DNA of 64,000 bases, from the NCBI GenBank assembly GCA_963801165.1, contig CAWDDT010000005.1, forward strand, positions 480,001 through 544,000, given 5' to 3'. The translations under genes were made by a program, and so were the position numbers. Position 1 is the first letter of the stretch, and each line of letters starts with the position of its first letter. Source of the DNA: an uncultured bacterium. Lineage in GTDB: Bacteria; Actinomycetota; Acidimicrobiia; Spongiisociales; UBA5794. Below, one piece after another: positions 18,163 through 30,536 of this stretch. The notes beneath the pieces were generated by a model that was not told the DNA's origin, made no database searches, and saw nothing but the letters and a program-made list of their open reading frames with translations.

Positions 18163-19542
18163 ATGACAGTTGGACAACACCAACCGCTGCCCACGATGTG
18201 GGACAGCTTCAAGCAGGCAATGCAGGAAGAGGTTTCCACCGGGGCGTGGAAGGCGTGGATAGCTCCGCTGCGTGTTGCGCAACGCGACACGTCGCTTACA
18301 TTCGAAGCCCCCAGCGAGTTTCACCGGTCGTGGGTCCGGGACAGGTATCTCCCTACGCTGCGGCGTATCACCCACGACGTCTATGGCGACGCTTATGAGA
18401 TCTACCTCACGGTCGCACAGGCCGCGGAGCGGCGACGTACACCGGAGACGCCGTTGCCTCACGGCGATACTCTCGGCGATGAACCGCCCCGCCAGCCCCG
18501 TCTCCCGATCGATGGGGAGAGCCGGCTAGTCGAGAAATACACATTCGACAACTTTGTCGTTGGCGCATCCAATCGCTTCGCAAACGCGGCGGCGCTGGCC
18601 GTCGCCGAACAGCCCGGCAGCCAGTACAACCCACTTTTCATCTATGCCGACGCAGGTCTGGGTAAGACCCACCTGCTACACGCCGTGGGCCATCACCGCA
18701 CCGAAATCGCACCCGGCTCCGTCGTGCGCTACGTCACCTCTGAGACGTTCTTCAACGAGTTCATCAACGGGATCCGCCGCAAGCGCATGGACGAGTTCAA
18801 GGCGCGGTACCGGACGATCGACCTGTTGCTGCTCGACGACGTGCAGTTCTTCGACGGCAAGGAACAGATCCTCGAAGAGTTCTTCCACACCTTCAACAGC
18901 CTGTACGAGGCCGGCAAACAGCTCGTCATCACCTCGGATCGCCACCCCAAGCATCTCACGACTCTCGAAGACCGGCTGCGCAGCCGATTCGAGTGGGGGC
19001 TACTCACCGACATCCAGACCCCTGATGTCGAGACGAGGCTCGCCATCCTCCGCAGCAACGCCGAGTACGCACCCACCCCGGTGCCGCCCGAGGTTCTCCA
19101 GTTCATCGCCGAGAGCGTGGCCACCAATATTCGCGAGCTGGAAGGTGCCCTCACGAGAGTGACCGCATACGCCGCCCTGACCCACGAGCGCATCAGCCTC
19201 GAGATGGCTCAGGAGGTTCTCCGTGATCTCATTCCCGCCATCGACACGGCTCCTCTAACCGCAGATGACATCATCGACCAGGTCGCTTTGTACTCAGGGT
19301 CGAGCCGTGACGACCTCGTCGGCCCCAGCCGCCGCCAGCCCCTCGCCCGGCACCGCCAGCTCGCCATGTACCTGTGCCGCGAGTACACCGACCTGTCATT
19401 GCCGAAGATCGGCAGGGCTTTTGGCGACAGAGACCACACGACGGTCTTGCACGCCGTAGACAAGATCCGCACCCTGATGCAGAGCGACGCTGGTGTGTAC
19501 AAGGATGTGACTTCACTGTCACACAACCTGAGGACAACGTGA
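18163..19542 (+). CDS. dnaA: Chromosomal replication initiator DnaA
   Basis: YTFDNFVVG, YNPLFIY, GLGKTHL, LLLDDVQF, RLRSRFEWGL, NIRELEGAL, RDHTTVLHA. Start uncertain (18163 or 18196). Confidence 0.97.
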   Translation: MTVGQHQPLPTMWDSFKQAMQEEVSTGAWKAWIAPLRVAQRDTSLTFEAPSEFHRSWVRDRYLPTLRRITHDVYGDAYEIYLTVAQAAERRRTPETPLPHGDTLGDEPPRQPRLPIDGESRLVEKYTFDNFVVGASNRFANAAALAVAEQPGSQYNPLFIYADAGLGKTHLLHAVGHHRTEIAPGSVVRYVTSETFFNEFINGIRRKRMDEFKARYRTIDLLLLDDVQFFDGKEQILEEFFHTFNSLYEAGKQLVITSDRHPKHLTTLEDRLRSRFEWGLLTDIQTPDVETRLAILRSNAEYAPTPVPPEVLQFIAESVATNIRELEGALTRVTAYAALTHERISLEMAQEVLRDLIPAIDTAPLTADDIIDQVALYSGSSRDDLVGPSRRQPLARHRQLAMYLCREYTDLSLPKIGRAFGDRDHTTVLHAVDKIRTLMQSDAGVYKDVTSLSHNLRTT

Positions 19543-19739
19543 TGTTCTCCACACCGGTTGGCATCACGACTATCAGGGCTGTGGACGTCGTCGAGCTTGC
19601 CCACAGCCCTGGTGAAGAGCCTGTGGAGACGAAACTTCAATGATTACGGGATCTGCCGAGGTCTATCCACAATCCACAGGGCCTACTACTACGACTACTG
19701 TCTTGTATCTATAAAGAACCGAAGAAGAGGGAAACGACT
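19543..19739. other. oriC: Replication origin oriC (dnaA-dnaN intergenic)
   Basis: DnaA boxes TTCTCCACA 19545, TTGCCCACA 19597, TGTGGAGAC 19622, tandem CTATCCACA/CAATCCACA 19663-19678; then GGGC, DnaA-trios CTACTACTACGACTACT 19683-19699 and an AT-rich stretch. Confidence 0.9.
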
Positions 19740-20819
19740 GTGCGTATCCGAGCTGAACGAGATGATCTGGCTGATGTGCTCACCAGGGCAGGCCGGGCCG
19801 TAGGGACCCGGTCGGCATTGCCCATCCTCCAGGGTCTTCTCTGCGAGGTGTCCGGCGGCAAGCTGAACGTGACCGGCACCGACACAGAGATCACCATCCA
19901 GACGTCCCTCGAGGTGGAGGTACTCGAAGAGGGCCGGACCGTCATTCCTGCCAAATTGGTCGCCGAGGCCGTTCGCAAGTTGCCCGCCGGCGCAGTCTCA
20001 TTTTCCGCACAGGACGGCGAGGTTGAGATCACTGGGAATGGACCACGCTTCAACCTGAGGGAGTTCGACGCCAACGACTTCCCGGATGTTGCCAGAGGAC
20101 ATGGCGAGGGCGGAGTCGAGCTCGACGGAGACGCGTTGACCGTAGCGCTCACTCAGGTAGGTGTGGCCGCATCGAACGACGACGGCCGGCCGACGCTGAC
20201 AGGCGTGCTCTTCGAATCTGAGAGCGATCATCTGCGCTTGGTTGCCACCGACTCGTACCGGTTGGCCGTCCGTGACCTGCCCGCCGTCGCCGGGGTGGAC
20301 ACAACGCTCATTCCCTACCGCGCTCTCAAGGAGATCGGTCGCACCATCGGCGCCGACAAGGTGAACATGGCCATTGGTGATCGCGAAGGGACGTTCTCTT
20401 CCGACCGGGGGAAACTGACTGCACGCGTCATCGAAAGCTCATTCCCGAGTTACAGGACGCTGTTGCCGAGCGAGTATCCCAACCGCCTGACTATCAACCG
20501 CGATGCCCTGCTCGAAGCCGTCGGCCGGGCCTCGCTCGTTGCCGAGGATCACATCCCTGTGCGGCTGAATCTGGGTGCAGGGGGAGTGGAGCTCACCGTG
20601 AGCAGGCAAGACGTGGGTGGCGAGACGGAGTACATCGAGGCGGCCTATCAGGGCGAGGACATGGTCATCGCCTTCAACACCCGGTATCTCACCGACGGGG
20701 TTGCCGCCATGAAGACCGAGAACCTCGTCCTGGAGACGATCAACCCGCTGAAGCCGGGTCTGCTCACGGCAGAGGACGACGACGCCTTCCGATACCTGCT
20801 TATGCCCGTTCGCCTCTGA
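19740..20819 (+). CDS. dnaN: DNA polymerase III beta clamp
   Basis: LPILQGLL, RPTLTGV, VATDSYRLA, IAFNTRYL, YLLMPVRL. Confidence 0.97.
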   Translation: MRIRAERDDLADVLTRAGRAVGTRSALPILQGLLCEVSGGKLNVTGTDTEITIQTSLEVEVLEEGRTVIPAKLVAEAVRKLPAGAVSFSAQDGEVEITGNGPRFNLREFDANDFPDVARGHGEGGVELDGDALTVALTQVGVAASNDDGRPTLTGVLFESESDHLRLVATDSYRLAVRDLPAVAGVDTTLIPYRALKEIGRTIGADKVNMAIGDREGTFSSDRGKLTARVIESSFPSYRTLLPSEYPNRLTINRDALLEAVGRASLVAEDHIPVRLNLGAGGVELTVSRQDVGGETEYIEAAYQGEDMVIAFNTRYLTDGVAAMKTENLVLETINPLKPGLLTAEDDDAFRYLLMPVRL

Positions 20820-20888
20820 GCCGCGCTTCCATCCCGGGGACGGGGTTGGGGACATCGGAGCGCGGTCGGTGAACGACGGGAAGGAAGC

Positions 20889-21998
20889 ATGCATCTCGCC
20901 TGGCTCGAATTGAGACAGTTCCGCAGCTACGGAGAGCTGCGTTTCGAACCGGACCCGGGGGCGAATGTGTTGATCGGGCGCAACGGCGCCGGCAAGACCA
21001 ACCTGCTCGAGGCGATCGGCTATCTGTCGATGCAGAAGTCTTTCCGCAGGTCGCCGGACGCGGCGTTGATCCTTGCCGGCGAGGACAGCGCGGTGATGCG
21101 CGGTGGTTTCGAAGATGAGTCCGGCATCGTCGACGTCGCCGTCGAGATCCCCAGGGAAGGCAGGAGACAGGTGCTGGTCAATGGGAAGCGGCCCAAGAGA
21201 CTCGGCGACGTGGCCGACACGGTGCCAGTCGTGGCCTTTCTTCCCGATGACCTCGACCTCGTGAAACGGGGCCCGGCGCTGAGGCGGGAGTATCTCGACG
21301 ATTTGGGTGCCCAGCTGGCACCGACCGTGGGTGCCGATCAGAGCGAGTACGAACAAGCTCTGCGTCAGCGCAACACTCTCTTGCGTCAAGACGGTCGCTA
21401 CACCGATCCGATGACCCTCGACGTGTGGGACGTCCGTGTCGCCGAATCGGGTGGAAAGGTGGTGGCCAACCGCTTCGCCTTGCTTGCCCGTCTCCGCGAT
21501 CGCCTCACCAACGCCTATCGCACCGTGGGAGGCTCCGAGGAGGAGACGCTGCTGCCAACCTACGCCTCCTCGTGGTTCGAGCCGGGCGACCCCGGTACGG
21601 ACCGGGAAGGGTTCGAGGTTTATGCGTCGCGGCTGTTGCGTGGGCTCGAGCAGAGACGGAACAGGGATATGGAGATGCGAACCACGAGCGCCGGCCCGCA
21701 CCGGGACGATCCCGGGTTTGAGCTCGCGGGCCGTGACGTGCGGGTGCAGGCCAGCCAGGGAGAGCAACGCTCGGTGGCATTGAGTCTCCGAATCACCGCC
21801 TATCAACTACTCGAGCAGCGCCACGGAAGGCCGCCGATCCTGTTGCTCGACGATGTGTTCTCGGAGCTTGATCCCGGTCGCGCCGACGGAGTCACCGCCT
21901 TGCTGCCACGCGGCCAGGTTTTTGTCACAAGCGCGCGCGATGATGAGGTTCCAGAGATGGGACGACGGTGGCGTGTCAGCGAGGGGGTCCTGACGTGA
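20889..21998 (+). CDS. recF: DNA replication and repair protein RecF
   Basis: FRSY, GRNGAGKTN, GPHRDD, ASQGEQR, LLLDDVFSELD. Confidence 0.96.
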   Translation: MHLAWLELRQFRSYGELRFEPDPGANVLIGRNGAGKTNLLEAIGYLSMQKSFRRSPDAALILAGEDSAVMRGGFEDESGIVDVAVEIPREGRRQVLVNGKRPKRLGDVADTVPVVAFLPDDLDLVKRGPALRREYLDDLGAQLAPTVGADQSEYEQALRQRNTLLRQDGRYTDPMTLDVWDVRVAESGGKVVANRFALLARLRDRLTNAYRTVGGSEEETLLPTYASSWFEPGDPGTDREGFEVYASRLLRGLEQRRNRDMEMRTTSAGPHRDDPGFELAGRDVRVQASQGEQRSVALSLRITAYQLLEQRHGRPPILLLDDVFSELDPGRADGVTALLPRGQVFVTSARDDEVPEMGRRWRVSEGVLT

Positions 21999-22008
21999 AG
22001 GGTCGAGA

Positions 22009-22356
22009 ATGATCAATCCGTGGACAGGGGAAGAGACCGACCGTGGCCTGGCGCTCGTCGGCGGGGCATTGGAAGAGGTGCTGGAGAGGGTCACCGAAGG
22101 CCGGCTGGCCGCGCTCGAGGTCGTTAGGGCAGTGTGGAACGATGTTGTATCCGACACCTGGCGGGCGCGCTCCCGGCCCGTGCGTCTCGAGAACGGCGTA
22201 CTCACGGTCGAGGTTTCCGACGGGGGAGTGGCCTCTCGCCTGAGGCTGGAACAGACCAAGATCAGAGCAGCTCTCGACGAGCGGCTCGGTCGTGGCGAGG
22301 TAGCTCAGATCAAGATGAAAGTCAGCCGCGGCGGTGTCTGGTCGGAACCGTCGTGA
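22009..22356 (+). CDS. DUF721/DciA family protein
   Basis: Lies between recF and gyrB; W...V...RPVRLENGVLTVEV pattern. Confidence 0.8.
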   Translation: MINPWTGEETDRGLALVGGALEEVLERVTEGRLAALEVVRAVWNDVVSDTWRARSRPVRLENGVLTVEVSDGGVASRLRLEQTKIRAALDERLGRGEVAQIKMKVSRGGVWSEPS

Positions 22357-22366
22357 CGAGGCGTAA

Positions 22367-24382
<2,016 letters not shown>

Positions 24383-24397
24383 CAACAGGACCGATAA

Positions 24398-26844
24398 ATG
24401 CCGAACCAAGACGACGCGCGAATCAGGCCAATCGAGATCGAAAAGGAGATGGAGGACTCGTTCCTCGAGTACGCCATGTCCGTCATCGTGTCGCGCGCCC
24501 TTCCCGACGTGCGCGACGGGCTCAAGCCGGTGCACCGGCGAATCCTCTACTCCATGTACGACGCCGGGATCCGGCCGGGGACGCCGTTTCGCAAGTGCGC
24601 CCGTGTCGTCGGCGACGTCATGGGTTGGTTCCATCCTCACTCGAACGACGCCATCTACGACGCTCTGGTTCGGCTCGGCCAGGACTTCTCGCAGCGCTAC
24701 CCGCTCGTCGAGCCGCAGGGAAATTTCGGGTCGGTGGATGATCCTCCCGCACAGATGCGCTACACCGAGACCCGGATGGCAGCGATCGCCATGCACCTCC
24801 TCGAGAGCATCGACGAGGACACCGTCGACTTCGTTGACAACTACTCGGGGGAGCGGCAGGAGCCGACCGTGCTCCCGTCCCGGTTCCCGAACCTGCTGGT
24901 GAACGGCTCGACGGGCATCGCCGTTGGCATGGCGACCAACATCCCCCCGCACAACCTCAGTGAGATCATCGACGCCACCCTGCACATGATCGACGTGCCG
25001 GAGGCAACCGCGGACGACCTGCTCCAGTTTGTGAAGGGACCCGACTTCCCAACCGGTGCCTGCATCATCCGCAACTCCGGTGTCCGTGAGGCGCTGCTCA
25101 CCGGTCGCGGCTCGGTCAGGATGCGAGCCGTCACCGACATCGTCGAGACCAAGCGCAACCGTCTCGCCATCATCGTGAGTGAGATTCCGTACCAGGTGTC
25201 CATCGACAGGGTGATGAGCAAGATCGCCGATCTCGTCAAGGACAAGGTCGTCCAGGGCATCGCCGACCTGCGAAACGAGACCAACAAGGACGGCATCCGC
25301 ATGGTCATCGAGCTGAAGAGGGATGCCAATCCGCAGGTCGTGCTCAACCTGCTCTACAAGCACACCCAGCTCGAAGACACCTTCGGTGTCAACGCCGTGG
25401 CGCTTGTCGACGGTGTCCCCCGCACGCTCAATGTCGCCCAGATGGTGAGCCACTACATCGATCATCAGCTGGAAGTCATCGAGCGCCGCAGCATCTTCCG
25501 TCTCAACAAGGCTGAGGCCAGGGCACACATCGTCGAGGGCCTCTTGATCGCACTCGACAACATCGACGAAGTAGTCCGAACAATTCGCAGCTCAGCGGAC
25601 GTCGACATGGCCCGACGGACGTTGATGGAGCGGTTCGAGCTGAGCAAGATCCAGGCCGATCACATCCTGGACATGCCACTGCGCCGGCTGACCGCTCTCG
25701 AGACTGACAAACTCCGGCAGGAGTACGACGACCTCCAGGTGGTGATAGCAGACCTGATGGACATTCTGGGATCCGAGTCCCGGCGGCGTTCGATCCTATC
25801 CGAGGAGCTGCGCGAGATCCGGGACAAGTTCGGAGACGAGCGGCGTACCCAGATCATCGCCGACGCAGGCGAGATGTCCCTCGAGGACCTGATCGCGGAC
25901 GAGGAACTGGTTGTTACTGCATCCGAAGCCGGGTATGTGAAGGCGGTCCTCGCCCAGACGTATCGCCGCCAGGGGAGGGGGGACGCGGGGTCAAGGGTGC
26001 CGACCTGCGCGAGGAGGACGTGATCACCCATGTCCTGCACACCTCGGCGCACGCCTACCTGCTGTTCTTCACCAACCGGGGCAAGGTCTACCGGATCCGA
26101 GCCCACGAGCTCCCCAGAAAGGAGCGCACTGCCAAGGGCAGCCTGGTGCAATCGGTGCTTCCCATGGATCCCGACGAGAAGATCGAGGCGATCATCGACA
26201 CCCGGGACTACGAGTCACACAAGTACCTGGTGTGCTTCACAAAGCAGGGCCAGGTCAAGAAGACCAAGTTCAGTGATTACGACTCCCGCAACCAGGTGCT
26301 CGTCGCCATCAGTCTCGTCGAGGACGACGAGGTCGTAGCTGTAAGAGCCACTTCCGGTGAGACCGACCTCGTCATGGTCACGGGAAACGCCATGGCGATC
26401 CGGTTCCCGGAACAAGACGCCCGCCCCATGGGCCGGGACACGCGGGGGGTGCGCGGGATCAAGCTACGTGAGGGCGACAAAGTAGTTTCGGCTGCCACCG
26501 TCACCGAGGGTGAAGAGATCCTGTTCCTCACCAGTGGTGGCTACGGCAAGCGCACAGCCATGGCGGAGTTCCCCAAGCAGAAGCGTGGCGGCATCGGGGT
26601 GAAGGCGATGAAGCTGACCCGGGTTCGGGGCGATCTCGTGGCTGCGATGGCGGTCAACAGGGAGGATCAGATCTTTGTCACTTCCAGCGACGGGATCGTC
26701 ATCCGCCAGTCGGCGGGCGAGATAAGCCGGCAGAAGAGAGCCAGCACAGGGGTGAAAGTGATGAGCCTCGGCGCAGGCACTGCACTGGCGGCGGCCGCTC
26801 TGGTCCCCCGGGATGAAACCGAGGAAGACGCGGATCCGTCCTGA
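24398..26844 (+). CDS. gyrA: DNA gyrase subunit A, split by a 1-nt frameshift at 25977-25982
   Basis: SRALPDVRDGLKPVHRR, MRYTE. ORFs 24398-26023 and 26020-26844 join into one GyrA if one G is added to the G6 run, restoring QGRGGRG-VKG. Confidence 0.93.
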
Positions 26845-27051
26845 CATCGAATCTGTTCACAACTCGGGTTTGAGATTGATCCGCAGCTTCGCTGAGGTTC
26901 GTCAGACTCGGTCTGAGCGCGAGGCGTTGTGACGGACGGCGGGCTGCACCGAAGCCACGGGAACGATTGTCGACCGTGAATCGTTGTTGGCGGTGTTACT
27001 AGGTATGCCCCCGGTGGCATTACACTCGGGCCATTCCCGAAGGAGCCTGGC

Positions 27052-27510
27052 ATGGCAGTTCGACGTGTTCGTCGAATCGTTCGCAAGATAGACCCCTGGA
27101 CGGTGCTGAAGGCATCGCTTGTCTTCAACGCCATCATGGGAATGATCTTCGTCCTCGGAATGTGGGTGACGTGGTCGCTCGTGCTGCAAAAGGGCATTCC
27201 CGACAAGATCGTCAACCTCTTCGAATCGGTGACGATCACGCTTACGATCGACGGGCCGCTGTACTTCCGCATCGTCGTCATCCTGGCGATTATCGGTGTC
27301 ATCGGAATGACGGCGTTCATGACGCTGGGCGCTGTCATCTACAACCTGATCTCAGATCTCGTCGGCGGTATCGAGTTGACCGTTCTCGAGGAGACCTACA
27401 ACGGCATGCCGGGACAGCCTGCGGCCCCGCCGCGACGCTCCGTGTGGCGCCCGTTCCCGCAGCCGACGATGAAGAGCCAGACCGAACCCGACAAGCAGCG
27501 GGTCGGCTAA
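27052..27510 (+). CDS. DUF3566 membrane protein
   Basis: RKIDPWTVLK and IYNLISDLVGGIELT motifs; canonical position after gyrA. Confidence 0.88.
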   Translation: MAVRRVRRIVRKIDPWTVLKASLVFNAIMGMIFVLGMWVTWSLVLQKGIPDKIVNLFESVTITLTIDGPLYFRIVVILAIIGVIGMTAFMTLGAVIYNLISDLVGGIELTVLEETYNGMPGQPAAPPRRSVWRPFPQPTMKSQTEPDKQRVG

Positions 27511-27530
27511 TGCTGCGGGCCGTTGGCCCG

Positions 27531-29600
27531 CTAGAAGTCGGGGAGCTGTACCGCGTGGGGCAGCACGATCCGCGACACGCCGCCTGATGTGACCGACACC
27601 GGCTGGTTGAACCGCACCTGCTCGATGATGCACAAGCCCTCTGAATCCTCACGGCAGTACAGCAACGTCACGTCGGTGGTGATTGATCCCGATCCGGCTA
27701 CGAATACCACGGGCACCGTTACCGGCAGGGTTGCGCCGGTGAGCGTCTGGTCCGGCACAGGATCGGCGACGCCGCCGGACACAACGAACTCGGCCGAGGA
27801 TGGCGCATCTGCGTTGACCTTGTAGCCGTCGGGAAGCTCGATGGCGAGCTCGACCTCCCCCGGTCCCGATGCCACCTCCACCGGGTCGAGGTTGATGACG
27901 GTGCCGGCATAGTCGGTGTCCTCGGGTGCGGGCGTGAAGTCCTCAATCCCATTCAGAACAAGCGTCTTGACCGTATTGGTGGACAGGTCGACGGTGCGTA
28001 CCACCTGATTGTTGGTGTCTGCGACGTAGAGCTTGCCGTCGGCGACGGCGAGGCCGCCCGGTTCGTAGAACTCCGGGTTTGCCCCATCGGCCCAACCCTG
28101 GTCCCCACCCAGGTAGGTGACGGTCGCTCCGGTGGTCGGGTCGATGCGCTTCAGCTTGCTGTTGTAGGTATCGGCGACGATCAGATCGCCGCTCATGTCA
28201 TCCCAGGCGATCCCCAGCGGATGCTGGAGACGGGCATCGGTACCGGTGCCGTCCTCGTCGCCGAAATCAAACAGATTGGCATCTGAGCCCGCCAGCACAC
28301 CCGTTGCGCCTGCGGGGTCGAGGACGTCGGCCCACCGAATGGAGCTGGACTCCGAATCGGCGAAGTAGAGACGTCCTCCCGGGTCGAAGGCGAGACCACT
28401 TGGCTGCGCCAGAGTTGCCTCGGTGAGCGTCCCGTTGTCCACGCCCTCGAGACTGCTGCCGACTACCGGGCTGATGACACCACCTGCGAGGTCGGCGACC
28501 CAGATCTGGTGTGATCCGGCCATCGCGATCCACAAATCACCGTCACGCAGCGTCAGCCCCCAGGGTGAGTCGAGCCGCGCATCTTCGAACAGTGCCGCAG
28601 CCGGCGGGTAGCCCAGGCTGCCTGTGCCGGTGAGGGTGCCCACCTCGCCGGTGTCAACGGCGACGGTGCGGATGGCGTGGTTGTTTGTGTCGGCCACATA
28701 AAGCGTGCGTGTGTCCGGGTCGAAGGCGAGCCCTTGTGGGGAATCGAAGCGGGCGGTCAATGCAGGGCCGTTCGCAAAGCCGGACTTGCCGCTGCCGTAG
28801 ACCGCCAGGATCTCACCCGTGTCCGGGCGGGCTGCGATCACCCTGTTGTGACCGGTGTCACTCACATAGAGAAGACCGTCGCCGACGGTCACTTTGCCCG
28901 GATAGGACAGAACGGTGTTGGCCGCACCGGCACTGTCGGGTGTCAGCTCGAGCGGGGTGCCGTCGATCTCACCGGCAAACTCAGTTGTCAATGCCTCGAT
29001 CACCGGCTGGGCCACGGCGTAGACATCTTCGCCTGCGTGAGTGCCGACCACATTGCCGGCCGGGTCGACGAGAGCGATCGTGGGCCAGCCCTGCGCTCCC
29101 CAGGTGTTCCAGATCTGAAAGTCCTTGTCGTTGACGACCGGGTGGTCGACCCCGTACCGCTTGACGACCTCACGGATATTGGCCGTCTCGGCTTCGTTGC
29201 TGAACTTCGCCGAATGGACACCGATGACCACAAGCTGCGACGGGTACTCATCCTCGAGCCGCTTCAAATCGGGGATGATGTGGATGCAGTTGATACAGCC
29301 GTAGGTCCAGAAGTCGAGCAGCACGATTTTCCCCGTGAGATCGGCCAGCCGGATCGGCTGGTCCGTATTGATCCAGTCGAGCCCTTCGGGGAACTCCGGT
29401 GCAGCGACGGTGCCCGCATAGGTCTGGCCCGCAGTGGTGCTCGTGCCCGTTGTTGGTGTTGTGCCCGTTGTTGGTGTTGTGCCCGTTGTTGGTGTTGAGG
29501 AGACGAGGCCGGCGGTACTGGGCGCGACGGCGTTAGCGCCGGAATCGGAGCAGGCGGATACCAGGAGCACCAGGGCAACAAGCAACAGAGCGGGGCGCAT
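27531..29600 (-). CDS. Thioredoxin-NHL repeat lipoprotein (NHLRC2/SOQ1-like architecture)
   Basis: Lipobox LVSAC; LLDFWTYGCINC; GVHSAKF; NHL repeats (YVADTNNH, LYFADSESS); C-terminal LYC...GLC domain. Confidence 0.85.
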   Translation of the reverse strand: MRPALLLVALVLLVSACSDSGANAVAPSTAGLVSSTPTTGTTPTTGTTPTTGTSTTAGQTYAGTVAAPEFPEGLDWINTDQPIRLADLTGKIVLLDFWTYGCINCIHIIPDLKRLEDEYPSQLVVIGVHSAKFSNEAETANIREVVKRYGVDHPVVNDKDFQIWNTWGAQGWPTIALVDPAGNVVGTHAGEDVYAVAQPVIEALTTEFAGEIDGTPLELTPDSAGAANTVLSYPGKVTVGDGLLYVSDTGHNRVIAARPDTGEILAVYGSGKSGFANGPALTARFDSPQGLAFDPDTRTLYVADTNNHAIRTVAVDTGEVGTLTGTGSLGYPPAAALFEDARLDSPWGLTLRDGDLWIAMAGSHQIWVADLAGGVISPVVGSSLEGVDNGTLTEATLAQPSGLAFDPGGRLYFADSESSSIRWADVLDPAGATGVLAGSDANLFDFGDEDGTGTDARLQHPLGIAWDDMSGDLIVADTYNSKLKRIDPTTGATVTYLGGDQGWADGANPEFYEPGGLAVADGKLYVADTNNQVVRTVDLSTNTVKTLVLNGIEDFTPAPEDTDYAGTVINLDPVEVASGPGEVELAIELPDGYKVNADAPSSAEFVVSGGVADPVPDQTLTGATLPVTVPVVFVAGSGSITTDVTLLYCREDSEGLCIIEQVRFNQPVSVTSGGVSRIVLPHAVQLPDF
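29443..29496. repeat. 18-bp x3 coding tandem repeat (Thr/Gly/Pro linker)
   Basis: GTGCCCGTTGTTGGTGTT x3. Confidence 0.9.
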
Positions 29601-29609
29601 GGTGATCAG

Positions 29610-29635
29610 AACAGCCGGAGCTGTTGATCAATTCC
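29610..29635 (-). promoter_or_regulatory. SigR/SigH-type promoter, probably leaderless
   Basis: Minus strand GGAAT-N18-GTT ending 9 nt before the ATG at 29600. Confidence 0.6.
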
Positions 29636-30386
29636 CGTGGAGGGTATGGGCGGCGACGTCCAGACCGGCGTCGAGGAGACGGGCGAGATATCTCTCGGAC
29701 AGATCGGCGGGCTGGCTGCTCCCCGGCGGATAGTCGGTGACGAGCATTCCAGCGACGGCGAGCGCCAGGGCCTCCAGGTGCACTGCGAGATCGGCCACGC
29801 CGACGATCCTGGTCACGACACCGGTATCCGAGGCACCGGTCACCCGTGCCATCGCGGCCGCCCATTCACCACCGACGCGGGCGACAAACGCTCGATCGGC
29901 ATATGGGGTCTCCCTCTCTTCTCCCCAGCGCGAGCCGATGGGGTCGGGAAACGGGATGGCGTGACCCCGCCGGCGCGGCGAACCCGGTTCGGTCCACGCA
30001 GCTGAAGTTTCGAGCACGTTGTCCGTGGCTGCCACTTCGTGTGCGATGAGAGATGGTGCGATCCCGGTCGCCAGGTTGCATCCCGTGATGAGACGGAGAC
30101 CGGCGTCGGTGAAATCTTCGTCGTAGCGGTCGTAAGCGTCCTCGGCGTCGACCCAGACGACACAGCTGACTCCGGCAACGAGGGCCATCTCGATATCGGG
30201 CTCAGGCGCGCTCGCGTCGGTGATGAGGGCGTCGTAGGTGGCCAGCACCTCGACCCTCTCCAGCCGGGAGTCGTGCTCTGCGGGGTGCTGGTCGATCAAC
30301 CCGAGCGCGGTGAGCTCCTTTTCGGCGAGAAGGACCCGTCCCGCGCGAGTGGCCACCTCTCCGGTGGCATGGAGGGCGAGTCTCAT
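29628..30386 (-). CDS. Hypothetical protein with degenerate Rossmann-like N-terminus
   Basis: MRLALHATGEVATRAGRVL resembles a degenerate dinucleotide-binding start; coding-like ORF in a minus-strand gene run. Confidence 0.6.
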   Translation of the reverse strand: MRLALHATGEVATRAGRVLLAEKELTALGLIDQHPAEHDSRLERVEVLATYDALITDASAPEPDIEMALVAGVSCVVWVDAEDAYDRYDEDFTDAGLRLITGCNLATGIAPSLIAHEVAATDNVLETSAAWTEPGSPRRRGHAIPFPDPIGSRWGEERETPYADRAFVARVGGEWAAAMARVTGASDTGVVTRIVGVADLAVHLEALALAVAGMLVTDYPPGSSQPADLSERYLARLLDAGLDVAAHTLHGN

Positions 30387-30388
30387 AA

Positions 30389-30517
30389 CTAGTGGGGTGC
30401 CTTGCGCTGGTCGGCAGGTCCCCATACTCCGGTGGATGCAGGCTGCTTCACCGGGCGCTTCAGATAGGCCGCAACCGCGGCTGCGAGCGCAGCCAACACG
30501 AGGAGACGCTTGTTCAT
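30389..30517 (-). CDS. Small membrane peptide, possibly DLW-39-like
   Basis: MNKRLLVLAALAAAVAAYLKRPVKQPASTGVWGPADQRKAPH: size, N-terminal hydrophobic helix and late Trp resemble the actinobacterial DLW-39 peptides. Confidence 0.5.
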   Translation of the reverse strand: MNKRLLVLAALAAAVAAYLKRPVKQPASTGVWGPADQRKAPH

Positions 30518-30536
30518 CACCATCAGGGTAACGCGA

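Noticed and set aside
24398-26844. gyrA as a true pseudogene or naturally split gene
   Set aside because: Essential gene with both halves intact and a single indel in a homopolymer; an artefact is far more likely.
26845-27051. Expected tRNA or structured RNA after gyrA; LexA-like CGAATCTGTTCA
   Set aside because: No cloverleaf or T-loop motif is visible, and the LexA spacing is wrong.
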